Positions 1 through 8,049 of a stretch of DNA of 20,000 nt are shown one piece after another. Position 1 is the first letter of the stretch. Each line of letters starts with the position of its first letter. This stretch comes from an uncultured virus (IMG/VR IMGVR_UViG_3300012933_000168) (Duplodnaviria > Heunggongvirae > Uroviricota > Caudoviricetes). The position numbers and the translations under genes are program-made. The notes below the pieces were generated by a model. The model saw nothing but the letters and a program-made list of their open reading frames with translations. It searched no databases and was not told the origin of the DNA. The stretch lies in the IMG/VR virus record IMGVR_UViG_3300012933_000168; one strand, given 5' to 3'.

Positions 1-56
1 AGCTCGTTCTCAAGAATCAGGGCTGTGTCGGTCTGCTCGTTAGTCATTTCGTTCAT
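1..56 (-). CDS. 5' part of a hypothetical protein running off the window (MNEMTNEQTDTALILENE...)
   Basis: ATG at 56 overlaps the TGA of the 53..262 ORF (ATGA coupling); frame is open to the window edge. Confidence 0.6.
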   Translation of the reverse strand, partial: MNEMTNEQTDTALILENE

Positions 57-262
57 TGTTTGTTCCATTGGTTTTGAATAACCATCTTTACGTTTTCTTT
101 GAAAGCGTACCCAGTCAAAAGTGGCACTGCAATTTGCGTGTGCAGGGGGCTTCCGTAGTTCATAAGCTCTTTGTAGATCGTGTCCACAATCAACTGCCTC
201 ACATCTAGTTGCAACTTCATATACGCCGCAGCTTGGTCGTCACTTGTAACTTCATCCATCAT
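53..262 (-). CDS. hypothetical phage protein (69 aa)
   Basis: ORF coupled (TAATG) to the nuclease gene, with an AGGAG SD upstream. Confidence 0.7.
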   Translation of the reverse strand: MMDEVTSDDQAAAYMKLQLDVRQLIVDTIYKELMNYGSPLHTQIAVPLLTGYAFKENVKMVIQNQWNKQ

Positions 263-933
263 TAACTCCTGTTATGTTCACACTGTTTCACTGCACAAAA
301 TCGGCATAAGGGGCCAGTCACGGGATTCCACACACCGTTCTCTAACGCTGCTTCGATTCGCGCAACATCTTGGGTGGGTTTCTCCATGTACTTGGCCACC
401 ATCTCGGCATGGTGCGTAGCCTTGACGAACTCCTTGCTCACCACGAACAGCAGTGCTGACTTGATGCGCTTGATATTGGGGTACTTCTTGAAGATGGCTG
501 TGGCCACCAAGTCCAACTGTTTCACGTCGGCATAACGGGCAGACTTGCTAGTTTTGTAGTCAACCGACCACGCCAACTCCTTCTCCTCGTCCAAGATGAC
601 CAAGTCGGCAATACCACGCCACCATGCCTCGGGTGCGTCAAACGCGCATGGCTCTAGGTCTTTGGTCAGGCCCAGCTCTTCCTCGCAAAGTTTGATCCCG
701 GGGATAGCAGCTAGAGCGTCTAGCGTATCTCTAAGATATTCAAAGGCCGGTGGAATATCTACGCCGTCACGGATGTACTCCTCCGCCACAGTGTGAGCCG
801 ACTTACCGTACAGCGTTGCCGTGGTGTCGGGCTCTTTCACATCCTTGGCTACCTTGGTGTGGTAGTACTTCTTCGGGCATTGTTGAAATGTCTTCAGGCT
901 ACTGAATGACCACTTAATTGATTGGGTTTGCAT
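262..933 (-). CDS. PD-(D/E)XK exonuclease, Cas4/RecB-like, with a probable Fe-S cluster
   Basis: N-terminal SFSSLKTFQQCPKKY; catalytic GIADLV...VDYKT; QL motif; C-terminal CRFCAVKQC giving the 1+3 Cys arrangement typical of Cas4/AddB-like nucleases. Confidence 0.88.
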   Translation of the reverse strand: MQTQSIKWSFSSLKTFQQCPKKYYHTKVAKDVKEPDTTATLYGKSAHTVAEEYIRDGVDIPPAFEYLRDTLDALAAIPGIKLCEEELGLTKDLEPCAFDAPEAWWRGIADLVILDEEKELAWSVDYKTSKSARYADVKQLDLVATAIFKKYPNIKRIKSALLFVVSKEFVKATHHAEMVAKYMEKPTQDVARIEAALENGVWNPVTGPLCRFCAVKQCEHNRS

Positions 934-1153
934 TTTTCTCTTTCAGTTTATTTACGATTGCCTCGACAAAATTGTTGACACCTTCAACCACCAAGTATTC
1001 TTGACCCGTGTATTGTTCGTATTCTTTATCCGCTGACAAAAGCCATTTACATCCTTCAATGTCTTCGTCTGTTAACCCCACCCACTCACCTTTGCCGCAC
1101 TCGGGGCAGTACTCTTTAGCAATCTCCATAACTCTCTCCATATCCTGATTCAC
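914..1153 (-). CDS. hypothetical phage protein with CxxC and WVGLTDEDI motif
   Basis: ORF fills the gap between the polymerase and nuclease genes with short overlaps; the W-x-GLTDE motif is common in small phage proteins. Confidence 0.65.
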   Translation of the reverse strand: MNQDMERVMEIAKEYCPECGKGEWVGLTDEDIEGCKWLLSADKEYEQYTGQEYLVVEGVNNFVEAIVNKLKEKNANPIN

Positions 1154-2936
1154 AGTTCAAGGGCAACTCCATGCCCCACTTGGGTCGGATGCGCATACAC
1201 ATCTCGACGTATTCCACAGCAGTCTTAACTTCCTCGGTCTTGACGATACAAGCCACCGCGTCATGCACAGTCATCACAACGTGGTACTTCTTGGCAATCA
1301 TCAGCATTTGGTCGCCGATGATGATACGCGCTAGGGCTTGGCATACGTTTTCGATTACCTTCCCGCCGTAGATGCGGTTGGGGATAACGGCTCGGCCCTT
1401 CTTGGTGTCATACACAATCTCGGTTTTGCCTGTTTCCTCGTCGGCCTTCTGACGCAGGTTGGGGTAGCGGATATACAAGCCGTTGGGCAAGCGGATGCCG
1501 TCCTTACCTTCGATCTTCAAGATGCCGTCACGTCCTAACATTGTTAGCTGGCCCCTAAGAATCGCCTCCAGCGCCGTACCGGCTTCTTTCCACAGCTTCG
1601 TGATTCGTGGGTATGTAGCTCGATATGTGTCAATGATTCGTTTCGCCTCATCGAGCTCGACGATGACGCCGAAGTTCTTAAGCTGAGCTTGAAATTTCGC
1701 CGCGCCCATGCCGTACCCCGCCCCAAGAATCGTTGTCTTTCCAACAAAGCGCTCATCTTTCGATATATCCGCAACGTCCTTGCCGTAGATAGCCGATGCC
1801 ATGATTTTGTAAACGTCCTCGCCACGGTCAAATGCCTCCACTAAGTCGTCTTGCCCAGCTAGCCATGCTAGCGTACGGGCTTCAATTTGTGATGAGTCAG
1901 AGTCGATCATCAGATACCCCGCAGGTGCGAGGATAGATTTCTTCAGCGCTGACCCCCTCGGCAAGTTCTGAAGATTAAGTTTGTCATCGCCCCCCCATCG
2001 CCCAGTGTGGGCGGCGTAATAACGGAGGGGAACTGGCATGGCACCTCGCTGAGCAATCCCAATAAAACGTTCAGTTCTCGACTCCTCAATCGTAGATTTC
2101 GTACCCAGTCGGGCGGCGACGAGTGCTTGTACGGACGGATTCGGATGTTCGAGAAGTTCTTTGAACGCCTCGTCTGTCTTTGCGAAGGCATAGGTTTCCT
2201 TTCCAGTAGCAGGGCTCTTCTTCATCGGTGGCGCGACACCGAGTACCGTGAGTAGCTCGGCGAACTTGGGGTTGCTCATCAGCGTGTCTTTGTCGAAGTT
2301 CTCCAGCAGCTCAGCTTTGCGTTGCTGTTCTTTCAGCAGATGGACGCGCAACATACTCTCATCCAGTTGCAAGACTGGCTCGGTAAACATACGGATGGTC
2401 AGGTCGATCAAGCGCAACTCAGTCGGCGGGAAGTCTTGACTCATGCAGTTGAACAAGTCCCATGTCAGGCGCACGTCGTTCTTACAGTACTCACCATACT
2501 GGGCTAGCTGTTCCTTGGGGAAGTCAGTGCGGCGCAATCCCTTCGCATCGTTGACCTCAGTGCCCTTCTCGCCGATGCCGTAGAACTCCGCCAGAACCTT
2601 CAGGCTACCGCCTACGTTCGTACCGTGAAGAGCGCGGCCCATAGATAGCGTGTCAAGCCAACCCTTCGGCTTGATTTGGAAATGCTCGGTCAGGATGAAC
2701 CCGTCGAACATAGCGTTGTGCGCCAGCGCAAGGGAGTTCTCCCAATCGAATTGCTTGAGGAACGCATACGTACCGATGGAGTCACCTGTGTACCACTCAG
2801 GTTCACCGTCATTGACCTGCACAGCCACACCCACAACTTCAAAGCGTGGGTCGCGTACGTATTCCTCAGTAGTCTGTTTAGAGAAGCCAAGGTCGGCCCC
2901 ATACGCCGACTCAAAGTCAATAGTAATAATATCCAT
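1116..2936 (-). CDS. polA: phage DNA polymerase, family A (3'-5' exonuclease + polymerase, no 5'-3' exonuclease)
   Basis: ExoI DFES, ExoII HNAMFD, ExoIII YCKND; HTGRW; NLQNLP; motif A DSSQIEAR; motif B RFVGKTTILGAGYG; motif C VHDA. Confidence 0.96.
   Translation of the reverse strand: MDIITIDFESAYGADLGFSKQTTEEYVRDPRFEVVGVAVQVNDGEPEWYTGDSIGTYAFLKQFDWENSLALAHNAMFDGFILTEHFQIKPKGWLDTLSMGRALHGTNVGGSLKVLAEFYGIGEKGTEVNDAKGLRRTDFPKEQLAQYGEYCKNDVRLTWDLFNCMSQDFPPTELRLIDLTIRMFTEPVLQLDESMLRVHLLKEQQRKAELLENFDKDTLMSNPKFAELLTVLGVAPPMKKSPATGKETYAFAKTDEAFKELLEHPNPSVQALVAARLGTKSTIEESRTERFIGIAQRGAMPVPLRYYAAHTGRWGGDDKLNLQNLPRGSALKKSILAPAGYLMIDSDSSQIEARTLAWLAGQDDLVEAFDRGEDVYKIMASAIYGKDVADISKDERFVGKTTILGAGYGMGAAKFQAQLKNFGVIVELDEAKRIIDTYRATYPRITKLWKEAGTALEAILRGQLTMLGRDGILKIEGKDGIRLPNGLYIRYPNLRQKADEETGKTEIVYDTKKGRAVIPNRIYGGKVIENVCQALARIIIGDQMLMIAKKYHVVMTVHDAVACIVKTEEVKTAVEYVEMCMRIRPKWGMELPLNCESGYGESYGDC
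1535..1547. repeat. 13-bp palindrome CTAACATTGTTAG inside polA (encodes LTML)
   Basis: Exact match read from the sequence. Confidence 0.95.
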
Positions 2937-3424
2937 CAGTACGATTCCCCTCTAACAATTAAACTAATCACTCTTTGGCTTACATCGAATTTGTTCGCCA
3001 GTTGTTTTTGTGTGAGCCCATGCACCTCGTAAGCCCTGCGGATTTCCGCAGCTTGCTTGTTGGTCAGCTTTGCATTTGCATGATTCTCACCCTTGGGTTG
3101 CGCCCTACGCTTCTTAGCATAGGCGTCTAGTTGGTTGTCTGCGTACGAGCCAATGAAGAAATGCGTTGGGTTACAGCACTTGCGGTTGTCACACTTGTGC
3201 AGTACGTGGGCTTTCTCCTTCGAGTTAGTCGGCCTCGCTGGGTCTGCTACCAAATCGCTAAGCCAAGCGGCAACCCTGTGTGCCGTGTACGTCTTACCGT
3301 GCCACGCCACCGTACCGTAACCTGTGTTGTTACACGCACCCTGCCACTCCCAACACCCGTTGCGCTGACGCCTATCCCCTTGGACTCGCGCCCAAAAAGA
3401 TTCTGCTGTTTGCTTTTTTGCCAC
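2936..3424 (-). CDS. HNH (homing-type) endonuclease with C-terminal HTH
   Basis: CWEWQG...GYG...AHRVA...HKCDNRKCCNPTH...N; C-terminal KLT...IR...LTQKQLANKFDVSQRVISLIVRG HTH; GTG start behind AGGAG. Confidence 0.9.
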   Translation of the reverse strand: MAKKQTAESFWARVQGDRRQRNGCWEWQGACNNTGYGTVAWHGKTYTAHRVAAWLSDLVADPARPTNSKEKAHVLHKCDNRKCCNPTHFFIGSYADNQLDAYAKKRRAQPKGENHANAKLTNKQAAEIRRAYEVHGLTQKQLANKFDVSQRVISLIVRGESY

Positions 3425-3433
3425 GTTAGACTC

Positions 3434-3568
3434 CTAAAACGTATTCGTATCCAGTGTACCACCTTCTTTGATAGCCCACCAAATATCCACCGCTTTTTTA
3501 ACGCGCTCTTTGTCTACGCCCTGTTGCCATAGGTATTCCATGACGAGGGCAAGTTGCTCGGCGGTCAT
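3434..3568 (-). CDS. small hypothetical protein (44 aa, MTAEQLALVMEYLWQQG...)
   Basis: Translated by hand (below the ORF-track cutoff); ATGA-coupled to the upstream gene and fills the gap. Confidence 0.6.
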   Translation of the reverse strand: MTAEQLALVMEYLWQQGVDKERVKKAVDIWWAIKEGGTLDTNTF

Positions 3569-4062
3569 TTAAAAATTCCTGAAAGAAAACCGCCGCTGTT
3601 GGTTGTTATACCTGTTGAGTTTTGCGCGGCGTTTTGTATGGGATGGATTTGGCCGGGAGCGCCAATTTGTGCTGTTGTATATGTACCTGTGCTGTTCATC
3701 ATTTGATTCTGAATCATCGCCCTTTGTTGGGCTTGGTACATCTGCTGTTTCATCTTCAACCGCTCCATCTCAGCTTCACGTTCTTCCGCGCCGTCGTCAA
3801 AGATTTTCTCCATGACTTCCTTCTCCATGCGGGTGCGGTGGTACTTCTTCCATGCTTCGAGCAGTGCCTCTTTGTCGGCATCGTTCAGAAACCAGTAGGC
3901 GTATCTCTTACCCTCGTCGAGTCCAGCCAACCCGTAAAGAGCGCCAGCCGTTTCGCCAAACTTGGCCTTGTTGTATAGCTCCCCGTTGTAAACGTCAAAG
4001 TCTTCGGGGTGTGATTCCATCCGTGCAATCAGCACGGTCACTGCGTTAGATAGTTCGCTCAT
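3565..4062 (-). CDS. hypothetical protein, ARMESHPEDF family, with Q/M/T-rich tail
   Basis: 165-aa ORF with an N-terminus paralogous to the adjacent gene. Confidence 0.8.
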   Translation of the reverse strand: MSELSNAVTVLIARMESHPEDFDVYNGELYNKAKFGETAGALYGLAGLDEGKRYAYWFLNDADKEALLEAWKKYHRTRMEKEVMEKIFDDGAEEREAEMERLKMKQQMYQAQQRAMIQNQMMNSTGTYTTAQIGAPGQIHPIQNAAQNSTGITTNSGGFLSGIFK

Positions 4063-4418
4063 TTTGCTGGCCCGTTCATGCGTTTAATCATCTCCGCTTG
4101 TGCGGCGTTGATAATCATCTTCGTTGGGGGTTGGTACGTGTTCGCCATGAGGGTCTTCGTCACACTTTCGTCGGCGTACTCGTCTTCCGTTTCGTCAGGC
4201 ATGATTGTGGCTATCGCCTTATGCGTAATCTCCAAGCGACGAACCTTGGTCATGCCCGAATGGAGCGCGGCCTTCTCAGGCTCACTCATTACCTCGCGCA
4301 AGTTCTCGCTAAAAATCCAGCGCCACTTGCTGTTCGTCTCCCCCAAGCCAAAGAACTCTTCGGGGTGTGTTTCCATACGGGCCAAGATGATGCCCACGCC
4401 TTCGTTTACTTCACTCAT
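4059..4418 (-). CDS. hypothetical protein, ARMETHPEEF family (paralog of 3565..4062)
   Basis: Start moved to ATG 4418 (AGGAG SD at 4426-4430); similar N-terminus to its neighbour. Confidence 0.78.
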   Translation of the reverse strand: MSEVNEGVGIILARMETHPEEFFGLGETNSKWRWIFSENLREVMSEPEKAALHSGMTKVRRLEITHKAIATIMPDETEDEYADESVTKTLMANTYQPPTKMIINAAQAEMIKRMNGPAK

Positions 4419-4710
4419 TTCCAAACTCCTTGATGTACGCTTCAAAATTCTCTAGGTTCGATTCCCGAACCACCCACGCATCGCCTTCGGCTTTCTCAAT
4501 ATCTCGGATGTTCTTCTCTTGCAACGCTGTCGGTATACCTTTACCGGCTTTCGCTTCAACTGCTAAGAACTTGCCCTTGATACAACACAAGAAGTCAGGG
4601 ACTCCACTGTTGCCGTACCCCGTGCCCATCGGCATCGCGTAGTACACGCCGTGTTCTTTCAGAATCTTCTTTATCTTCTCTTTGACTTTCGCTTCGGGTG
4701 TTGATGCCAT
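4411..4710 (-). CDS. VRR-NUC domain nuclease (Holliday-junction resolvase-like)
   Basis: PEAKVKEKIKKIL...GVPDFLCC..GKFLAVEAKAGKG...LQ pattern. Confidence 0.88.
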   Translation of the reverse strand: MASTPEAKVKEKIKKILKEHGVYYAMPMGTGYGNSGVPDFLCCIKGKFLAVEAKAGKGIPTALQEKNIRDIEKAEGDAWVVRESNLENFEAYIKEFGNE

Positions 4711-4736
4711 GATACTCTCTAATTAGACTTTGTCAA
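4709..4736 (-). promoter_or_regulatory. possible sigma70 promoter (TTGACA-16 nt-TATCAT)
   Basis: Perfect -35 at 4731-4736, but the spacer is 16 nt and the -10 candidate overlaps the VRR-NUC ATG. Confidence 0.4.
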
Positions 4737-4741
4737 GAGGG

Positions 4742-4754
4742 CTAACATTGTTAG
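4742..4754. repeat. 13-bp palindrome, intergenic, extended by GGG/CCC arms (4739-4757)
   Basis: Exact match; 5 bp from a TTGACA. Confidence 0.95.
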
Positions 4755-4770
4755 CCCCCCGTGTTTTTAC

Positions 4771-5391
4771 TTAAACTTGGCCGCGCTCTTTCAAGATAGC
4801 CATACCTGCATACACGATAGCGCCGAACACTTCTTGCTCAAATGCTTCGCCTGTGCGGGTACTCGCGGCCTCTTCCAATTTCTTGGTGGCTTGGCCTGTT
4901 GCAAAACCACGACCGTGCATCTTGGTGTAGTGCGCCCAAGGTTGTTCCAAGAATGGAGTACGCGCACCGCCATGACGTTCGCCTTTACCGTGCATAGCTT
5001 GCTTGATCGCATCCATGAATACGTGGTACAGCGGGTGGTCTTCAACGCGGTCGGCTTGCGGTTCTTCCATTGTGATGCGCTCGACGTTCTCCATCAGCAT
5101 CTTGCCTGTCACGGGGTGCATACGTTGACGGCCTTTGGTCAGTTCGTAGATTCGCTCGGCCTCTTCCTTGAACGGCATCGCGGGTTCTTTGCTCGTGGTC
5201 GTAGTTACGTGCCTCCACTTCAACTGCTTCGGCACTTTCACGCTCAGCTTCTTGTCGTCGTGGCGGATAGCGTATACGTAAGCGGGGGTAATACCACACG
5301 CCTTAGCTACATCGACGGCGGTTGCCTTTGGGTGCGCCGCTTGGTATGCGCGGACTTTAGATGCTTTGCTCGGTTTAGTCGCTGTTGTCAT
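4771..5391 (-). CDS. protein with N-terminal HTH and a C-terminal phage helical domain (QAMHGKGERHG motif)
   Basis: ATAVDVAKACGITPAYVYAIR resembles an HTH; start at 5391 chosen from the GGAG SD (ORF track starts at 5421). Confidence 0.7.
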   Translation of the reverse strand: MTTATKPSKASKVRAYQAAHPKATAVDVAKACGITPAYVYAIRHDDKKLSVKVPKQLKWRHVTTTTSKEPAMPFKEEAERIYELTKGRQRMHPVTGKMLMENVERITMEEPQADRVEDHPLYHVFMDAIKQAMHGKGERHGGARTPFLEQPWAHYTKMHGRGFATGQATKKLEEAASTRTGEAFEQEVFGAIVYAGMAILKERGQV

Positions 5392-5392
5392 T

Positions 5393-5590
5393 TCAATATT
5401 CTCCAGTTTGGGTTTGTACATAGTTGGTTAGAACTTCTCGGATTTTGGCTTGCTTGTTGGGAAAGGTCTCGAAATACTCGATCACCTCTCGCGGCAAACG
5501 CAAGCTCGTATTAACAAAGGTCGGCTTCTTACCGGGACCGCGCCCTTGTCGTTTTTTCTCGGGTTTCAGATATTCAATTCCAGTTGTCAT
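5393..5590 (-). CDS. BrnA-antitoxin-like ribbon-helix-helix DNA-binding protein
   Basis: GRGPGKKP...TSLRLPREVIEYF...QAKIREVL resembles the BrnA/RHH pattern GRP..K...LRL..DV...F.....Q.RIN..L. Confidence 0.65.
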   Translation of the reverse strand: MTTGIEYLKPEKKRQGRGPGKKPTFVNTSLRLPREVIEYFETFPNKQAKIREVLTNYVQTQTGEY

Positions 5591-5700
5591 AGCAGTGCTT
5601 CCTCTTCATCAGGGAAAAAAGTTGTGTTTGAGTTTTTCGGAAAGAGTTTTGGATTGAGCCTTGTGAACGGCCACCAAGCGTTCAGCTCGGCCTGAGTCAA
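5587..5700 (-). CDS. possible small protein (37 aa, TTG start; ...AELNAWWPFTR...EEEALL)
   Basis: Its stop is ATGA-coupled to the RHH gene, but it overlaps the tail of 5609..5875. Confidence 0.4.
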   Translation of the reverse strand: MTQAELNAWWPFTRLNPKLFPKNSNTTFFPDEEEALL

Positions 5701-5875
5701 TCGGCGTGATGGCGATACGGACTTTGACGGGGAACAATGTTTCTCCGTTTGCTTGCGCCCACTCTTTAGCGGCTTTTCTCGCGTCGAACATGATGTAGCC
5801 GATACCTTCGTCAACCTTGACATAGTTTCCTTTCAGTGTGCGTAGTGTGTACTTGGTTACGTGTACTGTTTGCAT
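5609..5875 (-). CDS. hypothetical protein (88 aa)
   Basis: TAATG coupling with the upstream gene; GAGGT SD. Confidence 0.65.
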   Translation of the reverse strand: MQTVHVTKYTLRTLKGNYVKVDEGIGYIMFDARKAAKEWAQANGETLFPVKVRIAITPIDSGRAERLVAVHKAQSKTLSEKLKHNFFP

Positions 5876-6141
5876 TACGACACCTCTTTGTTAATATTTT
5901 CATCAATCCATGCCTGTACCTCTGACCCGCTCCACATCTTGCGAAGCATCGTAGGAAACAGGACGCGTTGGCGTTGGGGTGTATTTTTAAGCTGCTCAAC
6001 GTCATGCACAGCATTACTCCAAGACATGATTACGCACTTGGGGTGGTCAACGATTGCGCCGACCTCATCACCCGGAATTACGTCCCGATACACCACGGTC
6101 AGGTATTTACCGCTACGGTCAGGTTTCCAATCGCTCTGCAT
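5875..6141 (-). CDS. hypothetical phage protein (PTMLRKMWSGSEVQAWI motif)
   Basis: Coupled ORF with AGGAG SD. Confidence 0.72.
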   Translation of the reverse strand: MQSDWKPDRSGKYLTVVYRDVIPGDEVGAIVDHPKCVIMSWSNAVHDVEQLKNTPQRQRVLFPTMLRKMWSGSEVQAWIDENINKEVS

Positions 6142-6614
6142 TACATCTTCTCCTTGATAGGCCGCATCCGTTTGGCGCGGTACTCCTGCTCTACTATCTT
6201 CATCGCCAGCTCCATGTCACGCACCGTGGTGTTCTCCAGTTGTGCGTCGTGAATTTCCATGACTAGGTTCATAGCCTTGAGTTCCTCGGCCTTCAATATG
6301 AAGCGGCCACTCTCCACACCGCGTTTACCGACAGCGTGAAGTGCATCCAAGCCAGCCTTAATTTCGTCTTTCCAATCGTGGCCAAGCTCAGGGCGCAACA
6401 TGATGTACGCCTCACACATATTGAACGCGCCAATCAGTACGTCAATAGTCGCTACCGTTGCATCACCACGACGCAATATGTCCATCGCATCGTGGTTCTT
6501 GATTCGCAGGTCGGCACTCAGTGACACACTTGTAAACGGTTTCATGCCAGCCAGCACCCAGCTCACTGGGTCAGGGAACACACCCTTGGGGCGATACTTA
6601 GAACGCTTTCTCAT
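6141..6614 (-). CDS. hypothetical phage protein (157 aa, basic N-terminus MRKRSKYRPK)
   Basis: Coupled ORF on the coding strand. Confidence 0.8.
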   Translation of the reverse strand: MRKRSKYRPKGVFPDPVSWVLAGMKPFTSVSLSADLRIKNHDAMDILRRGDATVATIDVLIGAFNMCEAYIMLRPELGHDWKDEIKAGLDALHAVGKRGVESGRFILKAEELKAMNLVMEIHDAQLENTTVRDMELAMKIVEQEYRAKRMRPIKEKM

Positions 6615-7129
6615 TTCTTTGCCCTCAAAATAAACTTCAATGTGTCTGCGTCTTCCTCAGCCGCCACAATTTCAAAGTCGGCCTTGTAGATACTGCGGAA
6701 GTCACTCATGGATGTTTTGCCCACAGCAACGTAGCGCCACTGCTCCAAGAACACCAACTGCTCCTTCTGCATCACACGGGTATGTGACGGGTCGCCCAAT
6801 GCCCACACCGAATGACGTGACGGGCACGTAGCCAGCAGGTAGCCGTTAGGTTTCAACACGCGCCAAAAGTCTGAGAACTGCCAAAAGAAAAACTTGTAGT
6901 CTCCCTGTGCGCCAGTATGCTCAAGCACCTCGTAAGCGTGAATCTCGTCAAAGGTATTCGCCTCGAACGGCAAACCCGACGGGCTGGTCAAGTCCCACAC
7001 TACATCAGGCTTGTGGTCGTCGTTGTAGTCCAGCGTAGTCAGGCTGCTCCACGTATCAGCATCGGTAGGGTTGGCCTTCAGGCGCTTGCCCTTGTCGCTC
7101 CCGCAACCAATCAACAGCTCGGTCTTCAT
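6611..7129 (-). CDS. class I SAM-dependent methyltransferase (Methyltransf_11-like)
   Basis: LLIGCGS motif I, LPFEANTFDEIHAYEVLEH, WRVLKPNG; start at ATG 7129 is ATGA-coupled. Confidence 0.82.
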   Translation of the reverse strand: MKTELLIGCGSDKGKRLKANPTDADTWSSLTTLDYNDDHKPDVVWDLTSPSGLPFEANTFDEIHAYEVLEHTGAQGDYKFFFWQFSDFWRVLKPNGYLLATCPSRHSVWALGDPSHTRVMQKEQLVFLEQWRYVAVGKTSMSDFRSIYKADFEIVAAEEDADTLKFILRAKK

Positions 7130-7416
7130 ACGCCCATACCTCGCATCGTCATCACCACAGCAATCTGCTCGGCGAGTGGTCGGCTCTCGTCCAAGATGTA
7201 GTACTCGGTCTTCCAATCAGGGCCGTGGCTATTCCGCTGATACGACTGCACCTCTAGCATCTTGCCGTTCATCACATCCATCACAGCCACGCGCACCTTG
7301 GGGCGTGGTTTGTCCACAGCTTCGTCTGCCGTTGCCAAAGCAGGTGCATAAAACTCTCGCTCACGGTCTTTGTCGGTCATCACCCACGTAATAAATTTTT
7401 TCAGCGCCTTCTTCAT
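7126..7416 (-). CDS. hypothetical protein (96 aa)
   Basis: Coupled ORF with GGAG SD. Confidence 0.72.
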   Translation of the reverse strand: MKKALKKFITWVMTDKDREREFYAPALATADEAVDKPRPKVRVAVMDVMNGKMLEVQSYQRNSHGPDWKTEYYILDESRPLAEQIAVVMTMRGMGV

Positions 7417-7580
7417 TTCTTCTCTCCTTGTTCACGTTGGATTCGTTCAAACTCGTCGTCTTCTGCCTTGGCATCATCCTGCTTTTTCTTGTTTCCCCAA
7501 ATCAAATCGTAGTTACTGCCGTATTTATTTTGATCTGTTGGGCGTTGGGTATCACCCTTGCCGCCATCACCGTGTGTCAT
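7413..7580 (-). CDS. small phage protein (55 aa, GGKGDTQRP...YGSNYDLIWG)
   Basis: Translated by hand; ATGA-coupled at both ends; resembles the GGKG..RP...N(Y/W)D.I(F/W) small phage protein pattern. Confidence 0.7.
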   Translation of the reverse strand: MTHGDGGKGDTQRPTDQNKYGSNYDLIWGNKKKQDDAKAEDDEFERIQREQGEKK

Positions 7581-7846
7581 TGCTTCACTCCTTTGGGCAT
7601 ACCTGCACCACTGAAATAGTTGAAGTCCCTCGGCTTGAGCGCGAGTTCCTTTTTCTTGGCTAGGTCTAACCGTGCTTGTTCCTTGGAAATCTTTACGGAT
7701 AGCGACTTAGTCACAGTCTTCAATGGTTTCCTGTTGACCTTCAGCTTCTTCTCCTCACGCACTTCGCGGTTAGCCGCATGGGTGCGAAAGTCTTTCATCA
7801 GGTCAGGCATATACGTCTTCACGTAGTCGGGGTGGAACGCGTTCAT
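7577..7846 (-). CDS. basic hypothetical protein (89 aa, MNAFHPDY...)
   Basis: ATGA-coupled start at 7846 with GGAG SD. Confidence 0.7.
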   Translation of the reverse strand: MNAFHPDYVKTYMPDLMKDFRTHAANREVREEKKLKVNRKPLKTVTKSLSVKISKEQARLDLAKKKELALKPRDFNYFSGAGMPKGVKQ

Positions 7847-8049
7847 GGCACTCTCCTTTCCATCATGTTGCACTTCTTACAGAATCGCATCTGTGTTTTG
7901 TTTTCTTCCTTGGTCTCCCACATACCCCAGTTGTGTCGGCACCAGTCGTTGTTCAGCCATCGTTCAAAGATAACCTTCCCCATAACCCACACAGCACATA
8001 CGGCAACCGTAAAGCCAAACGTGCTGGCAACAAGCCAAAATTCATTCAT
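7843..8049 (-). CDS. small membrane protein with C-terminal CxH...CxxC
   Basis: Hydrophobic N-terminus followed by WCRHNW...FCKKC; start 8049 is coupled. Confidence 0.65.
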   Translation of the reverse strand: MNEFWLVASTFGFTVAVCAVWVMGKVIFERWLNNDWCRHNWGMWETKEENKTQMRFCKKCNMMERRVP

